A stretch of DNA of 64,000 nucleotides from an uncultured Pelagibacteraceae bacterium. Lineage in GTDB: Bacteria > Pseudomonadota > Alphaproteobacteria > Pelagibacterales > Pelagibacteraceae. Both the position numbers and the translations under genes were made by a program. The stretch lies in NCBI GenBank assembly GCA_902592375.1, contig CACJEG010000003.1, positions 21,327 to 85,326 on the forward strand, given 5' to 3'. Below are positions 24,943 to 35,631 of this stretch, piece after piece. Below the pieces are notes generated by a model. It was given only the letters and a program-made list of their open reading frames with translations, was not told where the DNA came from and did no database searches. Within the stretch, counting starts at the first letter, position 1. Every line of letters starts with the position of its first letter.

Positions 24943-25503
24943 ATGCTTTTACTTGTAGGATTAGGCAATCCAACCCCAGACAGTGAAAATAATAGGCACA
25001 ATATTGGTTTCAAAATTATAGATGCAATAAACAAAAAATTTGGACTTTCAAAACAAAAACCAAAATTCAAAGGACTTCTTACAACTGGTAATGTAGGAGA
25101 ACAAAAAGTTTATGCAATTAAACCTTTAACATTTATGAATAATTCTGGAATTTGTATTAGAGAATTAATTGAATATTTCAAAATAGATGCTGAGGATGTT
25201 ATCGTTTTTCATGACGATCTAGATGTAGAATTTGGAAAAATAAAAGCAAAATTTGGTGGCTCTGATGCAGGACATAACGGAATTGCATCAATAGATAAAT
25301 TTATTGGTAAAGATTATTCAAGAGTGCGAATAGGAATTGGTAAACCAAAAGATAAAATGGAAGTTAGTGATTTTGTTCTTCAAAATTTTGATGAGGATGA
25401 AATGCTTGGATTGGAAAAAATTACAAATAACATCACAGATTCTATTTCAATACTCATAGACAAAAAATTAGATTTATTCTCTAGCACAGTAAATAATAAA
25501 TAA
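24943..25503 (+). CDS. pth: Peptidyl-tRNA hydrolase
   Basis: LLVGLGNP...RHNIGF N-terminal signature, GHNG motif, 186 aa. Confidence 0.92.
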   Translation: MLLLVGLGNPTPDSENNRHNIGFKIIDAINKKFGLSKQKPKFKGLLTTGNVGEQKVYAIKPLTFMNNSGICIRELIEYFKIDAEDVIVFHDDLDVEFGKIKAKFGGSDAGHNGIASIDKFIGKDYSRVRIGIGKPKDKMEVSDFVLQNFDEDEMLGLEKITNNITDSISILIDKKLDLFSSTVNNK

Positions 25504-26576
25504 TGAGTTTTAAATGTGGAATTGTTGGTTTACCTAATGTGGGTAAATCTACACTCTTCAACGCTCTTACAAACTCAAGCAAAGCCCAAGCTGCAAATTT
25601 TCCATTTTGTACAATAGATCCTAATGTGGGAGTAGTCCCCGTTCCAGATGAAAGATTGAACAAATTATCAGAAGTTTCAAAATCAAAAAAAACAATAAAT
25701 ACAACTATTTCATTTGTGGATATAGCTGGTCTTGTGAAAGGTGCATCTAAAGGTGAAGGATTAGGCAATAAATTTCTGTCCCATATAAGAGAAGTTGATG
25801 CAGTTATTCATATGATTAGATGCTTTGACTCGGACGATATTCAAAATGTTAATCCGAACGTTGACCCAATAAGAGATCTTGAGATCATTGAAACTGAAAT
25901 GATGTTGGCTGACCTAGAGTCTATACAAAAAAGACTTGAAAAAAATAATAAGAAAAACGTTGATGAAGATCAGCTTAAGATTTTAGAGATTGCATTAGAC
26001 TGCATTAATAATGATAAAGATATATCAATATTAAATTCTCAATTTGACACAAAACAACTTAATCAAAGTGGTCTTTTATCAATAAAACCAAAGATTTTTG
26101 TTTGCAATGTAGATGAGCAAAGCGTACAGGATGGAAATAAATATACTAAAAACTTTATCGAAAAATTTGGAAAAGATAACACTCTGATTGTTTCCGCAGA
26201 CATAGAAAACCAAATAAATGAATTAGCAGAAAATGAAAAAAAAAATTATATGGATATGATTGGTTTAAAAGACACAGGTCTGAGTATGTTAATTCAAAAG
26301 GGCTATAAAATATTAGAACTTGATACGTATTTTACTTCTGGACCTGAAGAAACAAGAGCTTGGACTATACAAAAAAACTGTACTGCACCTAAGGCTGCAG
26401 GTGAAATTCATACAGATTTTGAAAAAGGTTTCATTAGAGCTGAAACTATATCTTATGAGGATTTTGTAGCCAATAATGGATGGGTAAATTCTAAAGCTAA
26501 CGGAAAAATGAGATTAGAGGGTAAAGACTATATTGTTAAAGATGGAGACGTACTAAACTTCAGATTCAACACGTGA
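25503..26576 (+). CDS. ychF: Ribosome-binding ATPase YchF
   Basis: GIVGLPNVGKSTLFNALT P-loop, and a TGS-like C-terminus ending DGDVLNFRFNT. Confidence 0.95.
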   Translation: MSFKCGIVGLPNVGKSTLFNALTNSSKAQAANFPFCTIDPNVGVVPVPDERLNKLSEVSKSKKTINTTISFVDIAGLVKGASKGEGLGNKFLSHIREVDAVIHMIRCFDSDDIQNVNPNVDPIRDLEIIETEMMLADLESIQKRLEKNNKKNVDEDQLKILEIALDCINNDKDISILNSQFDTKQLNQSGLLSIKPKIFVCNVDEQSVQDGNKYTKNFIEKFGKDNTLIVSADIENQINELAENEKKNYMDMIGLKDTGLSMLIQKGYKILELDTYFTSGPEETRAWTIQKNCTAPKAAGEIHTDFEKGFIRAETISYEDFVANNGWVNSKANGKMRLEGKDYIVKDGDVLNFRFNT

Positions 26577-27332
26577 CCAGATTCTTTTCATACTAAAATA
26601 AACTAAAACAGTTAAAATAATTAAATAAACAATCGCTTTAAAGCCCATCTGATGTCGAGATTCTAAATGAGGTTCAGCTGACCACATTAAGAAGGTCGTT
26701 ACATCTTTTGACATCTGTTCTACTGTTGCATTTGTTCCGTCACCATACTCTACTAATCCATCTGATAATGGAGCAGCCATTCTAATTTTATTACCATACA
26801 TATATTTGTTGTAATAAACTCCGTCATCTAAAGATACGTTGTTAGGAGCTTCTTCATATCCTTGTAATAAAGAATATATGTAATCAACTCCACCACCTCT
26901 AGCTTTAACCAAAACAGACATGTCTGGAGGGTATGCACCACCATTTGCCGCTTGGGCAGCTTTTACATTGTCATACGGCATTACAAATTTATCAGATAAT
27001 TTACCTGGTCTTGTAAACATTTCACCATCTGAATTTGGACCATCAGTTACTTCAAATGAAGCTGCTATAGCTTTAGCTTGAGCTTCAGAGAATTCTGGAC
27101 CTCCTGGCTCTGCTAAATTTCTATAACTTAAATACTTCATCGAATGACATGAGGCACATACTTCAGTATAAACTTGATAACCTCTTTGAAGAGAAGCTCT
27201 ATCAAATTTTCCAAATAGACCCTTAAAACTCCAGTCAGTTTTTAGATATTCTACTTTTTCAGCAGCAAAAGAATTTGAATTTGAAGTAATAATTAAGATT
27301 ATTATAGAAAATAATTTAAATAAATTTTTCAC
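26553..27332 (-). CDS. petC: Cytochrome c1 (bc1 complex)
   Basis: Signal peptide, CASCHS heme-binding motif, C-terminal TM anchor, directly downstream of petB. Confidence 0.9.
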   Translation of the reverse strand: MKNLFKLFSIIILIITSNSNSFAAEKVEYLKTDWSFKGLFGKFDRASLQRGYQVYTEVCASCHSMKYLSYRNLAEPGGPEFSEAQAKAIAASFEVTDGPNSDGEMFTRPGKLSDKFVMPYDNVKAAQAANGGAYPPDMSVLVKARGGGVDYIYSLLQGYEEAPNNVSLDDGVYYNKYMYGNKIRMAAPLSDGLVEYGDGTNATVEQMSKDVTTFLMWSAEPHLESRHQMGFKAIVYLIILTVLVYFSMKRIWSRVESEV

Positions 27333-27333
27333 C

Positions 27334-28596
27334 TTATTCTATTTTACTTTCTTTATTTCTAGCGGCAGCTAGATTTGGTGAACCACCTAGAACAGGTTCG
27401 GTAATACTTAGAGGCACTGGTAAAGTTTTTTCTTTAAAGCCTAGAACAGGAAGAATAACTAAAAAATGCAAAAAGTAATACGCTGTTGCAACTCGTGCTA
27501 TCAATAAGTAAAGTCCCTCAGCTGGCATCGCACCCACATAACCAAGTATCAAAACATCAGCAACTAGTATCCAGTAAAATTGTTTATATAAAGGTCTGAA
27601 TACCGCAGATCTTATTTTTGACGTATCTAACCAAGGTAAAACCGCTAAGATCAATATTGCAGATAACATAGCTACAACTCCTAGCAATTTATCAGGAACT
27701 GATCTTAATATTGCATAAAAAGGTAAGAGATACCATTCAGGAACAATGTGTGCGGGTGTTACCATTGGGTTTGCCTCGATATAATTATCTGCGTGACCTA
27801 AAATATTTGGTGCGTAGAATACAAAGAAAGCAAACACAATCATGAACATTAATAAAGCAAAACCATCTTTAATTACTATGTAAGGATGGAAAGGTACAGT
27901 ATCTTTAGAAGGTTTTTTTATATCTATTCCAACTGGATTATTGTTACCAGGAACATGTAAAGCCCATATGTGTAAAACAACTAATCCTAAAATTAAAAAT
28001 GGAATTAAATAATGCAAAGTAAAAAATCTAGTTAACGTGGGGTTGTCGACTGAATAACCTCCCCACAACCAAGTGACGATACCCTCTCCAACTAATGGAA
28101 TAGCACTAAATAAATTTGTGATTACAGTTGCTCCCCAGAAGCTCATTTGTCCCCAAGGCAATACATAGCCCATAAATGCAGCCGCCATCATTAGCAAATA
28201 AATAATTATTCCAATTATCCAAATTATTTCTCTTGGTGCTTTATAAGAACCATAAAATAATGACCTGAAGATATGAATGTAGACTGCTAAGAAAAACATA
28301 GATGCACCATTTGCATGAATGTATCTAATTAACCAACCATAGTTAACATCACGCATGATGTGCTCAACACTTTCAAAAGCCATATCTGCGTGAGCAATGT
28401 AATGCATTGCAAGAGTTAATCCGGTAACAATTTGAGTGATTAAGCAAAAAGTTAAAATTCCACCAAATGTCCACCAATAATTTAAATTTTTAGGAGTTGG
28501 ATAATCTGTTAAATGATTTGCAAGAGTTAATAGTGGCAATCGATCATTAAACCATTGTCCTACCTTCGATTTTGGTCTGTAATCGTGGTCACTCAT
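27334..28596 (-). CDS. petB: Cytochrome b (bc1 complex)
   Basis: 420 aa with highly conserved cytochrome b N- and C-domains ([29 protein letters not shown]). Confidence 0.97.
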   Translation of the reverse strand: MSDHDYRPKSKVGQWFNDRLPLLTLANHLTDYPTPKNLNYWWTFGGILTFCLITQIVTGLTLAMHYIAHADMAFESVEHIMRDVNYGWLIRYIHANGASMFFLAVYIHIFRSLFYGSYKAPREIIWIIGIIIYLLMMAAAFMGYVLPWGQMSFWGATVITNLFSAIPLVGEGIVTWLWGGYSVDNPTLTRFFTLHYLIPFLILGLVVLHIWALHVPGNNNPVGIDIKKPSKDTVPFHPYIVIKDGFALLMFMIVFAFFVFYAPNILGHADNYIEANPMVTPAHIVPEWYLLPFYAILRSVPDKLLGVVAMLSAILILAVLPWLDTSKIRSAVFRPLYKQFYWILVADVLILGYVGAMPAEGLYLLIARVATAYYFLHFLVILPVLGFKEKTLPVPLSITEPVLGGSPNLAAARNKESKIE

Positions 28597-28601
28597 TTTC
28601 T

Positions 28602-29111
28602 TTATCCAATTTTAATTGTGTTTGCATCAACGAATTCATATTTTGGCACTTCCATATTCCAAGGTGCTGGTCCTTTTCTTATTCTTCCAGATGTATCATA
28701 ATGAGATCCATGACATGGACAGAACCAGCCATTATAATCACCTTTGTCATTTAGAGGTACACATCCAAGGTGTGTACATACACCTAACATGACAAGCCAC
28801 TCAGGGTTTTTTGCTCTATCTTCATCTTTTTCTGGATGAATTAAATCTTCCATCTTAACTTTTCTTGCCTCATCAATTTCTTCTTGGGTTCTTCTTCTTA
28901 TAAATACTGGTTTACCTCTCCATAAAACAGTCAATGTATTTCCAGGTGTTAATGAACTTACATCGACCTCTGTACTAGCTAATGCTTTAACAGAAGCATC
29001 TGGATTCATTTGATCTATCATTGGCCACACTACTGCAGCTGCGCCAACAGCTCCTACAGCTGTGGTAGCTGTAAATAAAAAATCTCTTCTTTTTGTTTTT
29101 TTTTCAGACAC
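28602..29111 (-). CDS. petA: Ubiquinol-cytochrome c reductase Rieske iron-sulfur subunit
   Basis: Tat-like RRDFL signal and Rieske boxes CTHLGC and CPCHGS. The start codon is GTG. Confidence 0.95.
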   Translation of the reverse strand: MSEKKTKRRDFLFTATTAVGAVGAAAVVWPMIDQMNPDASVKALASTEVDVSSLTPGNTLTVLWRGKPVFIRRRTQEEIDEARKVKMEDLIHPEKDEDRAKNPEWLVMLGVCTHLGCVPLNDKGDYNGWFCPCHGSHYDTSGRIRKGPAPWNMEVPKYEFVDANTIKIG

Positions 29112-29203
29112 TTTTAGTAGCTTTTATTATTATCTCTTTTTGATTTAAAATAGTTAATATACGAATTCATATAATATAAAATAATTATTTTACTACTGAA
29201 AGA

Positions 29204-29677
29204 ATGACACAGAATTCAACAATTTTAGGACCCAAAATAGCTTTGTATGAGCCTGATATACCTCAGAATACTGCTGCAATCATAAGAACCTGTGCTTGTT
29301 TGGGTGCTAAATTAGAAATAATTGAACCATGTGGCTTTCTATTATCAGACAAACGTTTTAAAAGAGTGGTTATGGACTATATGGACTATAGTCAAATAGA
29401 GTTTTATCAAAGTTCAGAAAAATTTTTTGAGGCAAAGAAAAAACAGAGAATCGTATTGATGACAACAAAGGGTTCAATAAATTATACTAAATTTAAATTT
29501 AAGCCTGATGATACTATTTTGTTTGGAAGAGAAAGTGCTGGGGTACCCGAAAACGTTCATAAAATTATTAAAAATCGTTTAAAAATACCAATGAATAATC
29601 AAGTAAGATCTCTTAATATTTCATCGTCTGTTGCCATTGTTTTGGCAGAAAGTTTGCGTCAAATTGAATTAATATAA
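29204..29677 (+). CDS. trmL: tRNA (cytidine/uridine-2'-O)-methyltransferase, SpoU/TrmL family
   Basis: 157 aa with the SpoU-TrmD fold pattern (ALYEPDIPQNTAAIIRTC, FGRESAGVP, SLNISSSVAIVL). Confidence 0.8.
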   Translation: MTQNSTILGPKIALYEPDIPQNTAAIIRTCACLGAKLEIIEPCGFLLSDKRFKRVVMDYMDYSQIEFYQSSEKFFEAKKKQRIVLMTTKGSINYTKFKFKPDDTILFGRESAGVPENVHKIIKNRLKIPMNNQVRSLNISSSVAIVLAESLRQIELI

Positions 29678-29678
29678 A

Positions 29679-30506
29679 ATGGATATTTCAATTAAAAAAG
29701 ACTTAGCGAGTAATTGGTTTAAGCTACTACAAAATGCAATATGTGACGACATTTTAAAAATTGAAAAAAACAGAATAAATTTTCAAACAACTTCTTGGAA
29801 TAGAAGCAGTAAAAAAGATGAGGGTGGTGGTGAATATAGAATTCTTAAAAATGGAAAAATTTTTGAAAAAGTAGGAGTAAATTTTTCAAAAGTTTATGGA
29901 AAATTTCCTAAGCAATTTCAAAAAAATATACCTGGCGCTAGTAAAGATCCTAGATTTTGGGCATCAGGAATATCAATTGTTATGCACATGCAAAATCCCC
30001 ATATTCCTGCAATGCATTTTAATACCCGATTTATTTGTACAACAAAGAATTGGTTTGGTGGAGGTATGGATGTAACCCCAGCAATAAAAGATGAAAAAGA
30101 GAAGAAAAACTTTCATAAAATATTAAAGGCAATGTGCGATAGACATAATAAAAATTATTATAAAAAATATAAAAAGTGGTGTGATGAATATTTTTATCTA
30201 CCTCACAGAAAAGAAGCCAGAGGTATAGGTGGAATATTTTTTGACTATAAAAATGATAATTTTGAAAATGACTTTAAATTTGTCAGAGATGTTGGTGTTA
30301 CATTTCAAATGCTATTTAATCAAATAATTAAAAAAAAATTAAAAAGAAAATGGACTTTAAAAGATAAAGAGTTTCAGTATATTAAAAGAGGTCGATACGC
30401 AGAATTTAATTTGCTCTACGATAGAGGAACAAAATTTGGGCTACAAACTGGTGGTAATGTTGAAGGAATTTTGATGTCATTACCTCCGGTTGCAAAATGG
30501 AAATAA
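29679..30506 (+). CDS. hemF: Oxygen-dependent coproporphyrinogen-III oxidase
   Basis: HemF motifs ([42 protein letters not shown]). Confidence 0.92.
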   Translation: MDISIKKDLASNWFKLLQNAICDDILKIEKNRINFQTTSWNRSSKKDEGGGEYRILKNGKIFEKVGVNFSKVYGKFPKQFQKNIPGASKDPRFWASGISIVMHMQNPHIPAMHFNTRFICTTKNWFGGGMDVTPAIKDEKEKKNFHKILKAMCDRHNKNYYKKYKKWCDEYFYLPHRKEARGIGGIFFDYKNDNFENDFKFVRDVGVTFQMLFNQIIKKKLKRKWTLKDKEFQYIKRGRYAEFNLLYDRGTKFGLQTGGNVEGILMSLPPVAKWK

Positions 30507-30510
30507 AAAA

Positions 30511-30987
30511 ATGGATAAAGAGCCAATAACATTAAACGGATTAAATAAGCTAAAAGAAGAATTAGTTTTTTTAAAAGAAAAAAAAAGACCTGAGATAGTA
30601 GCTGCAATTGCTGAAGCGAGATCCCATGGAGACCTTAAAGAAAATGCTGAATATCATGCAGCTAAAGAAGAACAATCGCATAACGAAGGAAGAATTACAG
30701 AAATTAACGATATTATTGCAAGAGCAAATGTTATTGACGTTACAAAACTAAACAATGAAGGAAAAGTAATTTTTGGATCTACAGTTTATTTAGAAGATTT
30801 AGATACTGGTGAAAAAATTAATTATAAAATTGTTGGAAGAGATGAAGCAGATTTAAAACAAAAACTAATTTTCTTTCAATCACCAATTGGCAAAGGTTTG
30901 ATTGGAAAAAATAAAAGTGATTTAGTTGAAATAAATACACCCTCTGGTGTAAAAAATTTTGAAATTAAAGACGTTAAATATATTTAA
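30511..30987 (+). CDS. greA: Transcription elongation factor GreA
   Basis: [16 protein letters not shown] coiled-coil motif and an FKBP-like C-domain. The start is placed at the internal ATG (MDKEPIT), giving 158 aa. Confidence 0.93.
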   Translation: MDKEPITLNGLNKLKEELVFLKEKKRPEIVAAIAEARSHGDLKENAEYHAAKEEQSHNEGRITEINDIIARANVIDVTKLNNEGKVIFGSTVYLEDLDTGEKINYKIVGRDEADLKQKLIFFQSPIGKGLIGKNKSDLVEINTPSGVKNFEIKDVKYI

Positions 30988-32258
30988 CTTTTAACTATTT
31001 GTTGAACCTGCTTATCTGAAATTTGAAATCCGTTTTGAACCCAAGTTTCTTCTATTCTTTTTAATTTATTACCTAAAGTTTTGCCCTCAGGAATTTGAAA
31101 TTTAGACATTAATAGATCGGCTCCTATTGGTAAAGTTGGAATTACTTTCTCTTTATAAGTATCTAATAGTTTGATTAGTTTTTTCTCTACTTTGTTTGAG
31201 ATAAATATTTTAAAATTAATTATATCCAATACAGCCTGTCGCCCATTAAAATAAAAAAATTTATTCAAGTTTTTCTCTGTAAAGTTGTTTAAAGTTACTT
31301 TTTCTCTGTAAAAAAGATCTATTAATTTTAATCTTTTCTTATCTTTGTTAGATATTTTAAATTTATAAAGAAAATAATCAGCATTATCAGTCCCATCAAT
31401 CACTAAAAGCGCAATTAAGAATATAAAGTCAATTTTTAAAAAATTCTCTGCAGCATAAGAATTTTGTTTTTTAAAATTTTTAATATTCTTTAATTGAGGG
31501 AAAATTATTTCTATGAGTTCTAAACTTTCTTTATCTTTGAAAAGTTTTAAAAATCCATTTGAATTAGTTATTTTTTTTAGCTCATCGATTAACCTTTCAG
31601 ATGATATATTTGAAATTCCATCAATATTTTTTTTTATATTTTTTATTATTTCTGGCTGGTGCTCATGATTTGAGTAGTTTAAATAAAATCTTAAATACCT
31701 TAAAATACGCAAATAATCCTCTTGAATTCTTTTTTCCGCATTGCCAATAAAATTAATATAACCATCCTCCAAATCTTTTTTACCGTTAAATGGATCGAAT
31801 AAATTACCATCACCATCTGCATAAATTGAATTGATAGTAAAATCCCTTCTAGAGGCATCTTCCTTCCAATCTAAAGAGAATTCTACTTCAGCATGCCTTC
31901 CATCAGTTGAGACGTCTTTCCTTAAAGAAGTAATTTCATATTTATATTCATCAATTATTGCTGTTATAGTTCCGTGTTCAATTCCTGTTTCGTAATAACT
32001 TATTTGTTTGTTTTTAAGAGCCTCACAAACTTCCAGGGGAGTTAAATTTGTTGCTAGGTCAATATCATCAACATTTTCTTTTTTTATCACTTTTCTTACA
32101 CACCCACCCACATATCTGATTTCACTTTTCTCTGAAAAATTATTAATTGCCTCAAAAATTTTATTTGCTGGTGTTGTTAAAGTAATTTGTTTTAAATTTT
32201 GACTGATATAATCAAGATTTTTTGATCTGGAAAAAAATTTATCTAAAAAATTTTTCAT
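30984..32258 (-). CDS. cca: tRNA nucleotidyltransferase (CCA-adding) / poly(A) polymerase family protein
   Basis: Pol-beta nucleotidyltransferase head (VGGCVRK...DDIDLAT), RRDFTINS motif, 424 aa. Confidence 0.8.
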   Translation of the reverse strand: MKNFLDKFFSRSKNLDYISQNLKQITLTTPANKIFEAINNFSEKSEIRYVGGCVRKVIKKENVDDIDLATNLTPLEVCEALKNKQISYYETGIEHGTITAIIDEYKYEITSLRKDVSTDGRHAEVEFSLDWKEDASRRDFTINSIYADGDGNLFDPFNGKKDLEDGYINFIGNAEKRIQEDYLRILRYLRFYLNYSNHEHQPEIIKNIKKNIDGISNISSERLIDELKKITNSNGFLKLFKDKESLELIEIIFPQLKNIKNFKKQNSYAAENFLKIDFIFLIALLVIDGTDNADYFLYKFKISNKDKKRLKLIDLFYREKVTLNNFTEKNLNKFFYFNGRQAVLDIINFKIFISNKVEKKLIKLLDTYKEKVIPTLPIGADLLMSKFQIPEGKTLGNKLKRIEETWVQNGFQISDKQVQQIVKS

Positions 32259-32261
32259 AAA

Positions 32262-32335
32262 TGGCTGGGGCGCTAGGATTCGAACCTAGGATGCAGGTAC
32301 CAAAAACCCGTGCCTTACCGCTTGGCTACGCCCCA
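32262..32335 (-). tRNA. tRNA-Gln (anticodon UUG), with CCA encoded
   Basis: I folded it by hand into a cloverleaf on the minus strand:
- Acceptor stem TGGGGCG/CGCCCCA, with the U1-A72 pair typical of bacterial tRNA-Gln.
- D arm GCC-AAGCGGTAA-GGC.
- Anticodon stem CGGGT/ACCTG, with loop TT-TTG-GT.
- Variable loop CATC.
- T arm CTAGG-TTCGAAT-CCTAG.
- Discriminator G followed by CCA.
Total length is 74 nt. Confidence 0.9.
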
Positions 32336-32368
32336 ATACTAGCTTCCTATAACATAAAAATATAAAAT

Positions 32369-33214
32369 TCATATAGTTTTTGCTGTAACACACCAATAAT
32401 TTTTATATTTTCTTTTAAATTTAGCTTTTGCCAATTTACAACTCTTTAATGAATTATAATAGGCAACAATTGTTGATCCTGAACCAGTCATTCTTACAAA
32501 TAATGGATTATTTATACTTTCTAAGAACAACTTTATTTTTTTAAGTTTTGGATATTTTTTGAGTGCTATTGTTTCAAGGGCATTTTGTTGATCAATCAAA
32601 TATTTTACTCCAAACATGTTTTTTTTAGGTTTGTTATATTTTGATTTTGTATACTTTCGAACAGCTGAGTATATTTTTTTAGTTGAGCACCCAAAATCAG
32701 GTTTTACTAAAGTAGAATAATATTTTGGAGTATTATAAATCTTTTTTATTCTACCACTTGATGACAACACACAGCTGGATGAAATGGTTCCCAGAATAAC
32801 ATCAGAACCAACCCAGTCACAGATACTTCGAGTTTTTTGATGATTAGGATTAATAATTTTTTTTTTAACCAGATAATTAAACACACTAGCTGCGTTCATC
32901 GATCCCCCACCCAACCCAGCTTCTTGAGGGATTAATTTTTTAATTTTAACTTTGAATTTTTTATTTTTTAATAAATTTTCTTTATCTAGTATCTGAAATA
33001 ATCTTTGAACAGTATTTTTTTTTCCAATATTTTTAGAAAACTTTCCATAAAAAGAAATGTGGTGTTTTTTTCCATTATGTTGATTTATGGAAATAACATC
33101 ATGTAAATCTATGAAACCAATTATACTTTCAATTTTATGTAAAACCTTTTTTTTTCCAGTGATATTTAGTGCTAAATTTAACTTTGCATTAGATTTAATT
33201 TTATTAATTTTCAT
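32369..33214 (-). CDS. ispE: 4-diphosphocytidyl-2-C-methyl-D-erythritol kinase
   Basis: GHMP kinase motif PQEAGLGGGSMNAAS, an N-terminal KLNLALNI pattern, 281 aa. Confidence 0.88.
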   Translation of the reverse strand: MKINKIKSNAKLNLALNITGKKKVLHKIESIIGFIDLHDVISINQHNGKKHHISFYGKFSKNIGKKNTVQRLFQILDKENLLKNKKFKVKIKKLIPQEAGLGGGSMNAASVFNYLVKKKIINPNHQKTRSICDWVGSDVILGTISSSCVLSSSGRIKKIYNTPKYYSTLVKPDFGCSTKKIYSAVRKYTKSKYNKPKKNMFGVKYLIDQQNALETIALKKYPKLKKIKLFLESINNPLFVRMTGSGSTIVAYYNSLKSCKLAKAKFKRKYKNYWCVTAKTI

Positions 33215-34900
33215 TTAGGAATTTTTAAGACCCTCAATTACTTTAATATTGATTTTTTCTCTCATATCGTCTTCGGTGTCATCAAAAGTTAATACGTTGT
33301 TCCAAAAATATCTTGCTTGAATTTTTCGATTTAATTTCCATAGAATGTCTCCATAATGATCATTCACGATCGGGTCATCTGGCATTAATTCTACAGCTCT
33401 TTTTAGATACTTTTCTGCTTCTACATAGTCCTCTATTAAAAAATAAGCCCATCCAATTGAATCAATAATATATGGATCATTGCTTTTTAAATCATATGCT
33501 GTTTTCAACATATCCATTGCTTCATTAATTTTATAATCACGCTCTAACCAAGAGTAAGCAAGGTAATTTAAAATATATGCATCACTAGGATCAATTTTAA
33601 GCGCATGCAATAAATCTTCATCTGACTTTTCATAATTGCCCATTCTTTCATAACTACCACCTCTACGATACAATACATCTGATTTGATAAGTGAATTGTC
33701 ATCCAGTGTTAAAATAATTTCTGTATAACGATCTATTGCCTTTTCATAATTTTTAGAATTTTTATAAAAATTGGCTAAATCAAAAATCATTTTTATATTT
33801 GGATTTTCAATTTTATTAAATTTTGAGTCTATGTATTTAATTCCATTTTCATAATCCTGCTGTTGAATTATTATTTGAGCTTCCTTTTTTAATCTAAACC
33901 AATAATAAAATTCATCTTCTTTTTTAAAGTTTTTTAAGATCCTTTGTAATTTATCAAATTCATCATTGAGATAAAAATTTTCTGCAACCAATGACAAATT
34001 AAATTCAAACTTGGGATTCAAATAGTTTGACAAATTTAAGTAAAAATTTGATTTCTCAAAATTATCCTGAGAAGAATAAAGATTAGAGATTAAAAATAAA
34101 AACTCACTTACAAGATCATTATGATCTTTGCATGAAAAAATTTTTCCAAAATCATCAAATTTTTCTTTGTCTACCCAACTTTTGCTTTGTGAGAGTAAAA
34201 GTGTTGAATTTATATAATCAATTTGTTCAACAACTAATCTTGCTTCATTTAATTTATTGTTATCAATTAAATGATTAAGATAAAAGAAAATGTATCTTGA
34301 ATAATCACCTTGTTGATTATTTATTAAATTAAGAAAAAATGACGAAGTTCTTTTATCTTCAATATAACATCTTTGGAATGTCTCGGCTATAAGAGACAAG
34401 TTTCCAAAATTTTTTTTGTTATCTAATATTTTTTTATTTTTAAATGTATAAATATACTGTTTTAGAGTTTCAAATATAACTAGGTTTATTCTATCTTCAT
34501 CTTGAAATTTTAAACTTTGTGTTAAATATTCGTCAGCCTTTTTAAAGTTATTTTTTTTTAAACTGTCAATTATTAAAATTATATACGCATCATAAAAATC
34601 TGAATTAGATTTGTTTGCATTGTTATTTAATACATTAATTGCTTGAGGTACTTTGTTATCTAAAACTAAAGAGTTAACATATCTTTTTAAATAACTGTCA
34701 TGTTTGTTAATTAATACTTTGGTTAAGTTAAAAAATTTTAAAGCTTCAGAATTATTTCGATTTTCAAATGCAACAATTCCAGAAAAATAATTTGACAAAT
34801 CTCTTGAGTTGAAATCATTAAAAGTAGCACTTTTAGAATACAAAGGTGTCTGATAAGATATAAATATTAATAGTATTAATTTTAGAAATTTTAGGAACAT
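33215..34900 (-). CDS. Secreted or periplasmic tetratricopeptide-repeat protein
   Basis: N-terminal signal-like hydrophobic segment. The C-terminal half has repeated TPR-like A/Y/L periodicity (YRRGGSYERMGNYEKSDEDLLHALKIDP, YILNYLAYSW, GWAYFLIEDYVEAEKYLKRAVEL). There is no gap between its stop and the ispE start. Confidence 0.7.
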   Translation of the reverse strand: MFLKFLKLILLIFISYQTPLYSKSATFNDFNSRDLSNYFSGIVAFENRNNSEALKFFNLTKVLINKHDSYLKRYVNSLVLDNKVPQAINVLNNNANKSNSDFYDAYIILIIDSLKKNNFKKADEYLTQSLKFQDEDRINLVIFETLKQYIYTFKNKKILDNKKNFGNLSLIAETFQRCYIEDKRTSSFFLNLINNQQGDYSRYIFFYLNHLIDNNKLNEARLVVEQIDYINSTLLLSQSKSWVDKEKFDDFGKIFSCKDHNDLVSEFLFLISNLYSSQDNFEKSNFYLNLSNYLNPKFEFNLSLVAENFYLNDEFDKLQRILKNFKKEDEFYYWFRLKKEAQIIIQQQDYENGIKYIDSKFNKIENPNIKMIFDLANFYKNSKNYEKAIDRYTEIILTLDDNSLIKSDVLYRRGGSYERMGNYEKSDEDLLHALKIDPSDAYILNYLAYSWLERDYKINEAMDMLKTAYDLKSNDPYIIDSIGWAYFLIEDYVEAEKYLKRAVELMPDDPIVNDHYGDILWKLNRKIQARYFWNNVLTFDDTEDDMREKINIKVIEGLKNS

Positions 34901-34911
34901 GTAACCATACT

Positions 34912-35631
34912 ATGACTAAAAAAGTGATAAATCAAAATACCAAATTAAACCAAGAACTAATTAATACTATTGAGCCAAAATTTATATTCGCTGATAAGCC
35001 AATAAATAGATTTAATAATTTAGAAACGAAAAATGGCACTCTGCAAACTAATAAAAAAGAATTACTAAAAAATTTAAAAGATCAAATAAATTCAATTGAA
35101 AATTGTAAATTGAAAGAAAATTCAAACAAAATTATTTTAGGCGAGGGAAATATAAATAGCCCTTTAATGTTAATTGGAGAGGCTCCTGGGGCTGAAGAAG
35201 AAAAGTTGGGTGTCCCATTTGGAGGTGAAGTTGGCGAACTTCTTAACAAAATGCTTATAGCCATCAATATTAAGAGGCAAAATATTTATACAAGTTATGC
35301 AATCAATTTTAGACCACCTGATGATAGAAAACCAACCTCAACCGAGATTAAAAGGTACTCAGTATTTTTGAAAGAGCATATATCAATTATAAACCCAAAG
35401 ATTATCATTTTAATGGGTAGTTCAGCAATGGAGGCTATAACAGGAATAAGCGAAAAAATAACTGCTGAAAGAGGACATTGGAAGGAAGTGATTTTAAAAA
35501 ACAAAACATTCCCTTTAATGATAACTTTTAATCCATCTTATCTCATCCGTTTTCCAGAAAATAAAAAATACTCATGGGAAGATTTAAAGAAAATTAGAGA
35601 CAAGATTAAAGACCTGAAGTTAAAAATTTAA
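34912..35631 (+). CDS. Uracil-DNA glycosylase superfamily protein, family-4-like but divergent
   Basis: Motif A GEAPGAEEEKLGVPFGG and the overall core are collinear with family-4 UDG. Motif B reads FNPSYLIR instead of HPxxLLR. Only one of the four Fe-S cysteines is present. Confidence 0.7.
   Translation: MTKKVINQNTKLNQELINTIEPKFIFADKPINRFNNLETKNGTLQTNKKELLKNLKDQINSIENCKLKENSNKIILGEGNINSPLMLIGEAPGAEEEKLGVPFGGEVGELLNKMLIAINIKRQNIYTSYAINFRPPDDRKPTSTEIKRYSVFLKEHISIINPKIIILMGSSAMEAITGISEKITAERGHWKEVILKNKTFPLMITFNPSYLIRFPENKKYSWEDLKKIRDKIKDLKLKI

Noticed and set aside
24795-24986. 63-aa ORF in an alternative frame across the L25 tail and into the pth upstream region.
   Set aside because: It is generated by the GC-rich repetitive tail of rplY, where stops are scarce. 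It ends inside the pth start region and there is no support for it as a gene.
32262-32335. tRNA-Gln considered as a possible integration hotspot for a genomic island.
   Set aside because: Both flanks are conserved housekeeping genes (ispE and cca) at 33 nt and 3 nt distance. There is no integrase, no direct repeat of the tRNA 3' end and no compositional shift.
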